Shown here: piece by piece, positions 1-11,111 of the stretch
Position numbering within the stretch: position 1 is the first letter of the stretch
How the letters are laid out: every line of letters begins with the position of its first letter
Assembly (NCBI GenBank): GCA_040954595.2
Contig: CM082585.2
Coordinates: forward strand, 9,784,564 to 9,848,563
DNA length: 64,000 nt
Direction: 5' to 3'
DNA from: Balanoglossus misakiensis
Lineage: Eukaryota; Animalia; Hemichordata
Notes under the pieces: generated by a model
Databases searched by the model: none
What the model was told of the DNA's origin: nothing
Seen by the model: the letters and a program-made list of their open reading frames with translations, nothing else
Position numbers and translations under genes: made by a program

Positions 1-21
1 GCCATCTGTATGTTAGAGTAA

Positions 22-105
22 CCCTCTAACCACCATGGTTTGGTCCAAACACATTGTTTTCTATAGTAAGGATGGAACTTTATACAGGGAAATAGGGGTG
101 AAGGG
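22..105. mobile_element. Short non-autonomous element (MITE-like, piggyBac-type CCC...GGG ends with TTAA-like flanks), copy 1
   Basis: Reads gtaa|CCCTCTAACC...GGGGTGAAGGG|ttaa. The internal sequence (ATGGTT.GTCCAAAC.CATTGT.TTCTATAGTAAGG.TGGA) recurs at 11029-11111. Confidence 0.5.
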
Positions 106-224
106 TTAACTGTCATGTGCCAGCTTTTTATAATAAAATTTTATAATGTGTATTGAGAAATACTACAAGATTTATTTTTTATTTTTTTCCTGTATCTCTG
201 CTAATGTAAATCTTTTCTTTGCAG

Positions 225-361
225 TGGTGATGACCAAGCCATACATAGCAGGCACAGCATCTACTGGAAAACCCAATGTTATCATTGTACAGAAAGCACC
301 AACCAAGACAGTGGCTGTCACAAAAACAACACCAAGTGCATCCATACAGAAAAGTACACAT
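225..361 (+). CDS. EMSY: EMSY-like protein, internal exon (first in window)
   Basis: Acceptor tttgcag|, donor |gtgagt. Encodes KPNVIIVQK, recalled as similar to vertebrate EMSY KPNVIVVQK. The 12 exons join in frame (~849 aa to the stop at 4629). Confidence 0.75.
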
Positions 362-502
362 GTGAGTATCCATGAAATCATTTACGTGCAGGATCCATCT
401 TGATTGAAATTTGTTCAAAGGATTTCATCAAACCTTGCTGAACACAATCTGAGAATGTTATTAATTTTTATCCAGTTTAATTCTTGCCCTCTTTCATTCC
501 AG

Positions 503-634
503 GAAATCCCTGGCAATAAGACCATCATAGTGTCCACCACCAGTGGTAACCAGAGCAGAGTTGTGTCAACACTGCCACTGCCACAGACAATGCAAGGAGC
601 TGTTAAACCTGGCACCAGTCAGAACAAGACACAG
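503..634 (+). CDS. EMSY: EMSY-like exon
   Basis: ttccag|GAA...CAG|gtaagt, phase 0/0. Thr/Val/Ser-rich (EIPGNKTIIV...QNKTQ). Confidence 0.8.
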
Positions 635-820
635 GTAAGTCAAGTGACATTGGTCTGGGCGAGGCATGTCTGATCATAGATCAACAATCACAGAGTCAGG
701 CAGCAAAAATCAGTCTTGACTTATTCCAAATGATGAGATTCGGAAAGCATGAAATCTTTAAATCCTGTAAGGTATTCCCATTTCATTTCATTTTCCTCTT
801 CTTGTTCAAATTCCCCGTAG

Positions 821-1043
821 CAGGTAGTGATAAGACCCAAACCGACCGGAATGCAGGCACCGATATCGGAGCAGGTGGAGAGGCGTTCGGGATCGCCGAT
901 ACTGTCGGAACTCATGCAGCAGTCAACGGAGCTGGACATTCCAAACGTAATTCCGACACCCAGCCAGAGCGGCACAGGTCATATCTCGCCGTGTGTTGCG
1001 GATGAAACAAGCTCCGTTGGATCTGGGCAAAGTGAAAGCAAAG
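821..1043 (+). CDS. EMSY: EMSY-like exon (NAGNAG acceptor, start at 821 or 824)
   Basis: ccgtag|cag|GTA; donor G|gtgtgt. The spliced KTQ(Q)VVIRPKP resembles recalled EMSY KTQVLIKPKP. Confidence 0.75.
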
Positions 1044-1237
1044 GTGTGTGTAGCCTGTGATGTCAAGTTCTCATTGGAGAGTGGATGGATATTCCTACCC
1101 AGAACAAGACAGAATTTACCCTCAAATCAACTTGAAATCCAGGAAATAATCATACAGCGTTTCATTCATAATGTTTGATTTATAGAGATGACTTTGTGTC
1201 TCTAAATTAATTGTTTCAAATTCACTTTCCGTTTCAG

Positions 1238-1432
1238 TTGAAATTAAACACACTGGGGATATCTTGGAGGCAGCTGTGGCAGCCATCACCAATGGCAACC
1301 AGTGGGTGGAGTATGATGATCCCATGCCAACAGTCTCCCAGGCAACACCAACGCTGCCGTCAACCTACCAAGAGAAGTCGGCCTCCTCGGCCATCAAGGC
1401 TTTGTTGGAAATACGCAGAGATCCTACAAAAG
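1238..1432 (+). CDS. EMSY: EMSY-like exon
   Basis: tttcag|TT...AAAG|gtgaaa, phase 1/1. Encodes DILEAAVAAITNGNQWVEYDD...SAIKALLEIR. Confidence 0.75.
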
Positions 1433-1520
1433 GTGAAATCTCCCAGAATATAGTTATGTTTTTGTATTTTTTCGCCAATTTTCAAGTTCCCAATTGACTC
1501 GCATAATACTTGCCTTTCAG

Positions 1521-1670
1521 TTGAGACGACTCGACACCAAACCATTGATCTAAGTAAGATGGCTGTGCCGCTGCAGATGCCGAAAACAGAGAGTCCAACG
1601 TCAACGTCTAGTACGAGCACAAGTGCATCGGGAATGGGGACCAGTATTCTGCCAGAATTCTTCACAGTTG
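1521..1670 (+). CDS. EMSY: EMSY-like exon
   Basis: ctttcag|...G|gtaagt. Encodes HQTIDLSKMAVPLQM, recalled as matching vertebrate EMSY TIDLSQMAVPIQM. Confidence 0.8.
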
Positions 1671-1771
1671 GTAAGTCACTTGCCACCAGCTACTGTGACA
1701 ACACTTGAAATTGTTTGAGGATTAGTGGACCCTCTAACAAGCATGATTTCCGACTGTATTGCAGCTTACAG

Positions 1772-2691
1772 AGTCATTCAGTGTATTTGATGCTTCTCTT
1801 ATAGACACCACACCCAAGGCTCCCCCGAGCGGAGAACTCCAGGGCTCGGCATTCCTGCAGACGGCCACCATGGAAGTGGAGAAGGCGCTCCAGGAACGCA
1901 ACAAGGCCCTGCAGCAGCAAGGACAGATACAGGACTCGGACACGTTCCCCGATCTGACAATCCACAAGGCCGGCAACCGGCAGAAGAGGAGCGAGATCCT
2001 CTCCATCGAGGAGCAAGGTTTCCAAGGAAACGGGGGCGAAGGCACGTCGTTGTTGAACGCACCGCAGGAAGGCGCCGGCGGTCAGCTCGATCCACGGACA
2101 GGCCTCTTCCATTTGGGAGAATCGGGGAAGAAGAAGGAAGCCAACTTGTCCAGTTTGTTGGCAGGAGACGAGGAACCCTCACCGGATAACAAACCACAGG
2201 GCGCGCCAGAAAAGGCGAAAGTGGACATCACCGGTCACTCGGAATTGTTGAAACACTTGACCGGCTCTGCAAGGGAAGAGAAGGAGATTGATCCGTATGA
2301 ATTCCTGAACAGGGATTTTTTATCGAATCCAACTGCAGTCGATAGCAAAGAATCACAGCCTCCCAGCAGCTCACAGGTTTCACCGCCAACGTCGACCGCA
2401 GCGAGTATTGACCCCAGCGCAACCAAGCACTCCACAGCCACTAGCGTCGCGAGCACTCAGGGCGTACAGGAAGCTACCGAACCGCCCGTCACGAGCGTCT
2501 TCAGCGCGTACCCGTCAGCGGCCGAGAAGCTTAGCGCAATGGCTGCAACAAGGGAGGAACGTATACGCATTACTGGATTCAGTGTTGAAACAAGCAGACA
2601 ATCAGAAGGTGGGGTGAAACTGAAAGCGGGCCTCATACCTTTACAGGACATCGTAGCAGGCAAAATATCGAGTGTAACAGCGCAAGCAACG
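1772..2691 (+). CDS. EMSY: EMSY-like large low-complexity exon
   Basis: ttacag|AG...ACG|gtaagt. Lies within the 324-aa ORF 1759-2733. Contains QLDPRTGLF (recalled EMSY motif DPQTGLF). Confidence 0.85.
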
Positions 2692-2805
2692 GTAAGTTGT
2701 CAAAAAGTAAATTTCATGGTCATGTCACTCTAAAAAATAAAATGGACAGTAGCTGCAAGTTTTGATGTTGTGGTCTTTTCAATGATTGACAATGTTCTCT
2801 TACAG

Positions 2806-3037
2806 ACTACAGAGAATGCAGAGCACATTACGACGCCCTTAGTCTCGACCACTCCTGCTCTGTCGACCTCCACAGTCATGTCAGCGCCAGCAACGTGTGT
2901 GATGGTGGAGTCAACCAGCCTCGACACAAGCCACATGAACATTGAAGACTTCACCAGTCAGAGGTTACAGCACGAAGAAGACAGCGCCCTCAGGCATGAA
3001 GATTCCCTCGCTGGATGGGACGACCCTGGGTGTATAG
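2806..3037 (+). CDS. EMSY: EMSY-like exon
   Basis: cttacag|ACT...ATAG|gtaatc. Ser/Thr-rich, frame continuous. Confidence 0.75.
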
Positions 3038-3256
3038 GTAATCGTAGTCGTCAAGTTTTCTGAATGTGTGTGTGTGTGTGCACCACTGACTCAACAAACT
3101 CACTGGTGACTCTAGAAAATTATCTACACTACATGCAAAGGTATAGGACTGACTCAGGGAAATTTTTAAAAATCCTCAAATTGAATCAAAGCTTTTAAAA
3201 ATTATGTTGTTAGAGGGCATACTGACCCTCACCACTTTCGTTTTTGTGATTGACAG

Positions 3257-3419
3257 GCACACAGAGCTGTAGCAGTGGTTCGGGCACAGAAAGTTCATGT
3301 ACAGTGGACAGTTTCAATGCAGCCTTGAGAGCAAGCAAACGGAAAAGAAAAGCCCCTGTCCCAATCGATGAAGCCCCAATCCCATCCAACTTACCAAGCT
3401 GGGTTAGAGCAGCTCTCAA
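3257..3419 (+). CDS. EMSY: EMSY-like exon with basic NLS-like motif and start of bromodomain
   Basis: tgacag|GC...CAA|gtaagt. Encodes ASKRKRKAP...LPSWVRAAL. Confidence 0.8.
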
Positions 3420-3624
3420 GTAAGTACCATTATGTCTTTCAGAAATCAATTCACATTATTTAGAAATCTTCAAACATGAGATATGTTCTTGAATTGCAAA
3501 TCACAATTTGCGCTCTTCTAATTTATGTCATTTTAAATTAGAATTATCGGAGACTGTCCAAATTATTGGTGTGTGTTTGTATTGTTTTTCATATGTTTAT
3601 TTGGTCTCTTTTTTCATTTATCAG

Positions 3625-3707
3625 TTTACTACAAAGGGTGTCCAGGTATCGAGGTTCTAACAAATCTAAAGGTGAACTCAACGCTGCTTCCTGGTTCACC
3701 AGACCGG
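3625..3707 (+). CDS. EMSY: Bromodomain exon (helix Z / ZA loop)
   Basis: tatcag|...G|gtgagt. Encodes LLQRVSRYRG...AASWFTRP. Confidence 0.85.
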
Positions 3708-3823
3708 GTGAGTAATTATCAGCGACTTTGTAATGAAGATTAAAGTTTAAGAGAAACAAAGGTACAGATGATGACAGTTGTGGCATTTTCAATGACACGG
3801 ATTTGTCTTGTTTGATATTTTAG

Positions 3824-3903
3824 TTGATCCAGCTGAAGCACCGGGATACCACAAAATAATCAAGCAACCCATGGATTTCGGAACTGTCAAGAGGAAATTA
3901 GAA
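3824..3903 (+). CDS. EMSY: Bromodomain exon (ZA loop / helix A)
   Basis: ttttag|...GAA|gtaagt. VDPAEAPGYHKIIKQPMDFGTVKRKLE matches the canonical PVD..APxY..II..PMDL.T bromodomain signature. Confidence 0.92.
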
Positions 3904-4141
3904 GTAAGTGAAATTTCATTTGGAAATGACAGATACTATGGAAAGAAAAAGTCTTACTGGAAACTTCCATACAATGATTATATTAATGGCCGTTGATGCA
4001 TTGACACCATGGTATAATTTTCAAGTACCTGTTTCATAGTTCAATTTGAATATTAAGACAGCAATAATCTGCTAAGTGGAAACTGTCAAGTTTTTTAGAA
4101 AAGTCAATATATTTTCTCTTTCTTTTGTTATGAATGATCAG

Positions 4142-4306
4142 ACCGGTCTGTACAGAGATTTCAATGAGTTCAACATCGACATGCTGCTGGTCAGGGCAAA
4201 TTGTATGAAGTACAATCCACCTGGTCACGAAGCAAGGAAAGACTGCGAGGAAGTGTTCCAGTTTTACATGATGGAGTACGGCAAAATGATTGACAAGTGG
4301 CAAAAG
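4142..4306 (+). CDS. EMSY: Bromodomain exon (helices B and C)
   Basis: gatcag|...AAG|gtgaga. YRDFNEFNIDMLLVRANCMKYNPP carries the conserved acetyl-lysine-binding YN. Confidence 0.92.
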
Positions 4307-4557
4307 GTGAGAAGTCAGACTTGGGCTGTGCAACTTGGGGTGTGAAAATTAGCTGTCAGGTGGCAAAAGTCAATCAGTGAATTATTTTTTATGAAACTCT
4401 TGGTTGCTTGAGGGATTCACGTCAGCTGACAAAATATGTTGCCAGAAGGAATTTTTAACTTACTTTCTCAAAAACTGGAATCCTGTAATGAATTTGTATA
4501 GTGGCCCTGTCTGATGATCTGATTCTTGTTCGTGAAATGTGCCTTTCTTTTTATCAG

Positions 4558-4629
4558 ATTCACAGCACACCTCCAAAGTCACCAAAGAAACCGCGAACTG
4601 AAGCTGTCAGAAGTCCTCCAAAGTCGTAA
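4558..4629 (+). CDS. EMSY: Terminal coding exon of EMSY-like gene
   Basis: ttatcag|ATT...TAA. Encodes IHSTPPKSPKKPRTEAVRSPPKS*, followed by an AT-rich 3' UTR-like region. Confidence 0.8.
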   Translation: MHSTPPKSPKKPRTEAVRSPPKS

Positions 4630-5424
4630 CCTCGGTTGAAACATCAAGGACTATTCTCAGTCTGTGATTGGATGCACGCGTCGCGGTCATCACTCTGATT
4701 CAAGATGCTGGATGTGCCACTTGGATTTTGAAAGCTCTTGGTAGATTAAACTAGACACTTACCCTAAAACTGTCCACCACTGATGATCCCAGCATCCCAA
4801 CAAGCACAGCCACAACCATGGAATGGGGTAATCTCAATACAATGCAAGTTAACCCTCAATAGGAATGCTGCTTACATAGATCGATATGTAATTTTGAATG
4901 AACTGGTTTTAATCATTTGTACAAGGCTTGGTCAGAAGGTTATATATTTTGCATATTATATGTTTTATACTTCATTTCTTTGGCATAATTGAGTCAGTGT
5001 CATTTAAGACAGAAGGCATACTTTTGGATGTATTTATTTATTTACAGTTTGACTTTCATATGTACATGTATCTTAATAAGATCCAATTCTTGAGATATTG
5101 TTGACAAACACAGACTTATGCACGGCATAAACCTCCATCGCGTAACCACGGCGAAAGAAACGAATTCTGTAGTCTTGTCATTTTCGGTGACATGAGATGG
5201 CGTGATTCCACCTGGAAATGGATAAAATGTTTAAATAAGAGACGATAGATGATGACATGGACGGAAATAAAAGTACCTCTATTGCTAGCCCCCAGATACG
5301 TTGTTAATGGCAACCCAACGTAGTTGTGTACGTTGCAATCAGTAAAGAAACAAAGTTGATAATTTTTAACAGTTGACATTAAAACACATTCCATACATTG
5401 GCTACAGATACAATGTTACATATA

Positions 5425-5517
5425 ATACACGCACACACACACGCGTGCACACATACATACATACATACATACATACTGTACATACATACACACACACATA
5501 CATACATACATACATAC
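5425..5517. repeat. (CA)n/(TACA)n compound microsatellite
   Basis: Direct reading: cacacac...catacatacatac. Confidence 0.9.
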
Positions 5518-7625
5518 CTGACTTTTTAGACGGACTCTGCTTTTAGGTTATCTTCAGTCGTCACTTCTTGTGTATCCTTAGTTTTACTTAAATTGTTTTC
5601 CATTTCCTCTTCCCTTTTACTGTCGTTCTGATGTTGCGGTCGTCTCTTTCTTCTTGGGAGGAGGCTGAAAATGGAAAAAGACTGGTGCAACATTTTAATC
5701 ATTTTCTAGTTGACTAGTAAAAGAGTAATAATTCTACCGCTGTTTCCCGACCCAAGTTTCTTCCTGGTACGCAATTATGCGTGTGACCAGTGATGGCGCT
5801 GTGGCGGTAAATTGATGGCACTGACAGACAGTATTGCATTCGCCAGAAAACGAGACATTCCACGTTTTATTTTACCAGCCAGTTCATTTTGCACCAGGAT
5901 GAGCAGTAATCGTCTTATCTCAGTTATGTCATTTTCTATATTTGTGCAGGTTCTAGTGTGTGTTTTACGCGATTGTTTACAGAGATTGTAGGGTATTGTC
6001 TGCAACGATACTTCATCTATTATTTATTATTTTGTGTGCTTTATGCATCGTACGTCACTTTACATACCAGCATTATTCTGTGTATGCTACTCATAAATTA
6101 AGCAGCGCAACAAAAATAGCTAAAACACACGGAAATTTGTTTTCGCTTATACCTCATCGTAGGATCGGGATGCCTGGCGCGCCAACCCCCCGCATATTTT
6201 CTCCTCTGGGCGTACGCAAGGTGTCCGAAACGATTCTGACTTTCGATTGTGTTTTTTTCGTTCTGTGCACAAAACGATCGAGCTGAAACGCCGAGTGTTC
6301 GACTGGTACATATTAAATCCCTGCATTTTATATGTTCTAGTGTATATTTTTACCGTGTAACTGAATTAGGTTCCTGCCTCCTACACGTAATACTTTTATG
6401 GCCTGTTAATAAATCGCCTGAATGCGGCTAAGAAAGATTTAGTAACATAAAACAAGTGAAATAGGCCTAACTGTATTTGAAAAAATGCACAGTATTATAT
6501 TTTCAAATCCGATCTTGAAAGTAGGGTGTTGTGGGAGATATATTTATGACATAACTTGACATGACAAATAAGAGACATGGCATGTGATGTGATGTGATGG
6601 AACATGGAAAACGTTAACTGGGTAAAACGAATTCAACAGCACGGCTATGATTTAAATCGTTCGCAGTGTCATCGACGGCGCATGACGCCATCTGCGTCCG
6701 AGCTTTTACATCACGAATGCGCATGGAATCTATTTTAATGTCGATGGCAAGGCCACGAGCCAAGATTAGAATTCGTGTTTGTAATTGTACACGAGGTCAC
6801 ATGGATAATATTGCAGTTCTCGAATGAAACACGAACGAACAAGCTATTTTATCTTAATTATGAGGACGTCGACGCTTTGTGTCGTAATATTTCCATTGTC
6901 GCACATAAGTATGGACGGAACAATAGATTATTTTTATTCAACGAATCTCCGTCAATGAACGAATATTATTTAATATCAAGCAAACCTTTCGCCTTGACAT
7001 TGTACTTGTTGCATACATGATGGCGATCAATTGTAACACGTGGCAACTCCTCATCAAATCCAGCAAAACCAAACATGTTTGGGGGAAAAGGGTGGCTTAC
7101 CCAAGTTGAAAATAAACATGCACATTTAATTTGATCACTGGTAACACATGTCTCGCGGCTGACGTTTCACATGGCGATATAACGTTTTGTTATTTGCAAA
7201 CGTAACCGATCGAGCTTTCTCTAATAAAACGTTTTCTCTCGTTGGATACATTGATGTCAGTTGCACTCACCTGAAATGGACAAACAGTGCGTATATGCAC
7301 ATCTTTGATTCGAGGTGTGACGGACTGGTGATTTTCGGCGTTTTGGAGCGAGGACTTTCTTCTTCTGCAACATCTACGTTCCCTGCTGCTGCAATAAATT
7401 GGCTGTACATGCGCACCATATGTAAATACATGTAATCGCGGCTGCAATTAGGGGCCTAACGCTCTACTGGTTTCCATGTCATTATCATAAGCAGTGTTAT
7501 GGTAATATTCACACAACAGGCCGGCCTTGTGACCACAGTGTTGGTAATAATATATTTGCATATGTGGGACGCGCTCCAGAAAATGTCAAAACATGCTTAT
7601 TACATACATGTACAAAATCATTTAT

Positions 7626-7728
7626 TACGTACGTACGTTCGTACATACATACGTACATACACACACGCATACGTACAGACGGAAAGGAATTGGAAGGAAG
7701 GAAGGAAGATACAGCCAGGCAGACAGGC
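7626..7728. repeat. Degenerate (TACG/TACA)n + (GGAA)n + (CAGG)n simple repeats
   Basis: tacgtacgtacg...catacatacg...ggaaggaaggaagg...caggcagacagg. Confidence 0.75.
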
Positions 7729-7749
7729 TAACAAGCACAATGTGGTCGG

Positions 7750-8710
7750 CCTTATTTTCGACTTTTTTATTTCGTTTCTGGAACGACGCATAGACCCTCG
7801 TCCGCTCGCACGGGTCTTTGGCTCGACCGCAGTCTATTTTTCGGGGAGCAAGACCTTGCCTTGCGAAGATAATAGACAACCTGGACACGTTTCCTTAGAG
7901 ACAGTGAGTGCACCGCTTCTTGTTCATTTCGGGGAATATGATTGGCTGGAAGTTCGCGCAAGCGCTGTCGATACGTAAACAGACATGCCCCCAAATTCAA
8001 GATGGCTTCCAGTCAGTGTTAACGATCGACCTGTCATGCATGATCGCTTGGTATGCAAGAGTCTTGGCTTCGTGGGCTTGCGGCGTTGGGGAAAATGAAC
8101 ACTTTCCGAAGATGGTGAATGCTCACGGGGAAAATCAGGAAGAGTAGTCAGTGTATATCTGAATATCTGATGAATTGCGAATGGACTTCCGGGTGTGCAA
8201 CTGTTTATGTTCGTCTGCAACAATGTGGGACAGGCAAGACATACAAGGAGTCGGCTTCAGGTAATGCGTGAATCACATGCGTTTTATTGATCACGTGTCT
8301 ACCCGGTACATTAATTTATGTTCTTGGCACGCTTCCCCGTGACCAAACAAACGACGTGAATGGGAACTGTTTATCGTTGGCACTCTGTGGGCAAGTCATA
8401 ACCTCCCCAGCAGCGACGGTTTGTGATCAATCTTTGTGGGGGAATTCGGGCATTGGTGTTCGGAGTACCAGCGGCCGAGATCTTGTGGCACAAGATCAAA
8501 AGGCAGCGCCGCGCCGGACTATCAGGCTGGTACGTGATTTGCAATAATAGTGCGATCGTTTTCCCAAGCTCTCCTGCCTCGTGCGTACCGAACCCGCACC
8601 GTAGCTACGAACGCTTTTGATGAAGCTTAAGTTTGCCCGACCCCGATCTGCAAACGCTGAGACTGTCACTGACTAGCCAGTGATACCGTTACCAAATCGC
8701 GTCACCAAAC
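7750..8710 (+). promoter_or_regulatory. CpG-rich putative promoter region of ANKRD39
   Basis: Visibly more CpG than its flanks. ETS-like ACTTCCGG (~8184), E-box TCACGTG (~8290) and X-box-like GTTTCCTTAGAGAC (7889-7902) lie upstream of the ATG at 8711. Confidence 0.4.
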
Positions 8711-8938
8711 ATGGCAACAGACTCAAACCCAGCAACGTCATGCAAGCATGACCATGCAAATGGCTGTAGCCACGGACAGGCGCCCCATCGTTCGGTAACG
8801 CAGACCCTGGACGAAATGGACTTTGAGAGAGGTGTGTGGTCAGCAGCGATGAACGGAGAATTCGAGAAAGTTAAGAAGTACCTGGATGGTGACCATGGCA
8901 ATCCAAATGCCCTGGACTCCTCAGGATATACAGCATTG
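8711..8938 (+). CDS. ANKRD39: Ankyrin repeat domain-containing protein 39, exon 1
   Basis: aaacATGG Kozak context. QTLDEMDFERGVWSAAMNG...DSSGYTAL matches the recalled ANKRD39 signature QTLEEMDFERGIWSAALNG. Donor |gttagt. Confidence 0.92.
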
Positions 8939-9992
8939 GTTAGTATTTTTTTTTCTCAAATTTATATAAACAAATTCAAGTGATGTGAAATGTTCATCTG
9001 TGACTTATAACTTTAGATCACTGCCCTGTGATGTGTTTGCCTGCCCTTCATCACCTGATCACTGTCCCTCCGAAAGTGCCTACACGTTCTTATATAGGGT
9101 CAAATAAGGTCATGCAAGGTATAGAGGTCATTGACCTCTACCAAATGACAGTCATCATCATATCATCACCACTGTGACAGGGCTTTGAAAAAATACCTAT
9201 ATTGACATGAAGAATTGTTGGCAGTAATGACATGGGCGAATCGTATTAGCTGTGGAAAACATACAGAATCAAAAAGGACATTGAAATTTATCGGGACTAG
9301 TGATATATTATGGTTTCCTGGTATGCTTTTATAACACTGTGCTATTATTAATGGGCTCTCTGTTGGAGTCAGTCTGTCAATTGAATCATTTTATGGTAAT
9401 GTGCTGGTAGGTGGACATGTGTGATGGATTTGGAGGGAGATTATCCGTTGGGAACCCTTTGTCATTTTTCCTGGGGAGTTTTTCACACTCCAGAGCAGTG
9501 TGTGGCTTTAGGAATAAAATGTCAAACCGTCATCTTAGGGGAGAATCATGTGATTTCGGGAAAAAAGATGTGATATCATTTTCGTCAAGTCCTTTAATTT
9601 TTAACATGTTTTTCTCTGTTCATCTTATCTGTCTATGTACCTCGCTCACAGCCCACACTCCTGAATAAAACATGCTAGTCTGAGCCACAGGACTGCAGTT
9701 TGGCAAATTGCCAGGATTGAAGTATCTTGAATTGCAAATGTTGGCCTGGAACGCTAATGGCTTGCTAGATTAGCATCATTTTTTCTCCTGAGTAGCAATT
9801 CACCTCAGAGTCACGGAATCTCTTGATTACTGGGAGTAATATATCAAAGTGCCTGAATTACACTACCATGAAACTGCTAACCCTTTGTTAACCCTGACTT
9901 TGAAGAAAGCCATGTTGTATATTTTTTTAAATTTTGTTTTGTATCTGTTCCTTTGTTTAAAACTGATTTGTTTTTTTCTCTTGGTATGCCAG

Positions 9993-10196
9993 CATTATGC
10001 CAGTAGAAACGGCCACCTGGACACATGCAAACTGCTGCTGGACCACAAGGCGGATCCCAACATCCAGACAAAGTCTGGCGTTGCACCGCTACACCGGGCT
10101 GCATACTGTCAACACGCCAACATCATAAAACTGCTGCTGTCCCAGCAAGCAGATCCGACGCTGACCGACGATGACGGTAAAAGTCCTCTGCACAAG
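9993..10196 (+). CDS. ANKRD39: ANKRD39 exon 2 (ankyrin repeats)
   Basis: gccag|CAT...AAG|gtaaga. Encodes HYASRNGH...PLHRAAYC..H...DDDGKSPLHK. Confidence 0.92.
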
Positions 10197-10591
10197 GTAA
10201 GATGCTCTACGTTGCGTTTTTAAGCCCGCATTATATATGAATTGTATTTTCACTATTCACATATCAGAATTATGGCCAATGGCAGTATGGATATAAATGG
10301 TGCATTTATGATCCTGTTTGTGGGTGCAATGGAGAATTGACTCAGAAGCCACAATAACACCATATGTGCCCTCTATTTATAGCTAACGTTCAATCATGTG
10401 TTTAATATCATTTCTGGCATATGGAATTTTATTCATTGTTCGGTTCCAACCATAATGTTTTGAAATAGAATGCCAAAAAAATAATTAAAAAAAATTAAAA
10501 CAAGTCTTTGTTGTCTAGACTGCGTGAGTTAAGTCATTCTAATCTCAATCTTCCAAATTTCAAAATTTTCTTTCTTCGTGTCCTTGTACAG

Positions 10592-10882
10592 GCAGCTGAG
10601 AAGGGAAACTTTGAAATCTGCCAGATGCTCGTGTCGGTGAATCCAACCGTCGGGGAAGCCATGAAAGACATCCAGGACTACAGGGGCAAAATGGCGCTCG
10701 ATTATGTGCCCGATGACAACGAGGCACTGAGAGATTTGCTGCAACCCATGCTTCGGGACAGCGAAGTCGAGCGACCCAGTCCCGGAGATGACAGCGTTGA
10801 TGACGAAGAAGAAAGGCAGAGATTCAGAAAAGAACTCGAAGAAAGTTTCGGTCTCAGAGATGACTTTGAAGATGACCTTTGA
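10592..10882 (+). CDS. ANKRD39: ANKRD39 exon 3 with acidic C-terminal extension
   Basis: gtacag|GCA...TGA. Encodes AAEKGNFEICQML...LRDLLQ plus a D/E-rich tail. Total protein 240 aa. Confidence 0.9.
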   Translation, partial: AAEKGNFEICQMLVSVNPTVGEAMKDIQDYRGKMALDYVPDDNEALRDLLQPMLRDSEVERPSPGDDSVDDEEERQRFRKELEESFGLRDDFEDDL

Positions 10883-11028
10883 ACTCTGTTTTGCAGCTCT
10901 GTCGAAACATTGATCACTAGAAAAAAATAACTGACCCTTTGTAAACTGCCTGAGTTTAGATGATAATGAGCTTATAAGATCTTATTCTAAAAATGTTGGT
11001 GCTGACATTTATTGGATATTCAGATCAA

Positions 11029-11111
11029 CCCTTTCACCACAATGGTTCAGTCCAAACCCATTGTGTTCTATAGTAAGGTTGGACCTCTAAAGACGGAACT
11101 GATTGAGGTTG
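11029..11111. mobile_element. MITE-like element copy 2 (in the presumed ANKRD39 3' UTR)
   Basis: tcaa|CCCTTTCACCACAATGGTTCAGTCCAAACCCATTGTGTTCTATAGTAAGGTTGGA... aligns with 22-105. Right end decayed. Confidence 0.5.

Noticed and set aside
1734-2663. Antisense ORFs over the large EMSY exon
   Set aside because: These are the expected shadow ORFs of GC-richer coding sequence.
5116-8620. Short ORFs between EMSY and ANKRD39
   Set aside because: No recognisable domains or consistent exon chains, and several run through microsatellites.
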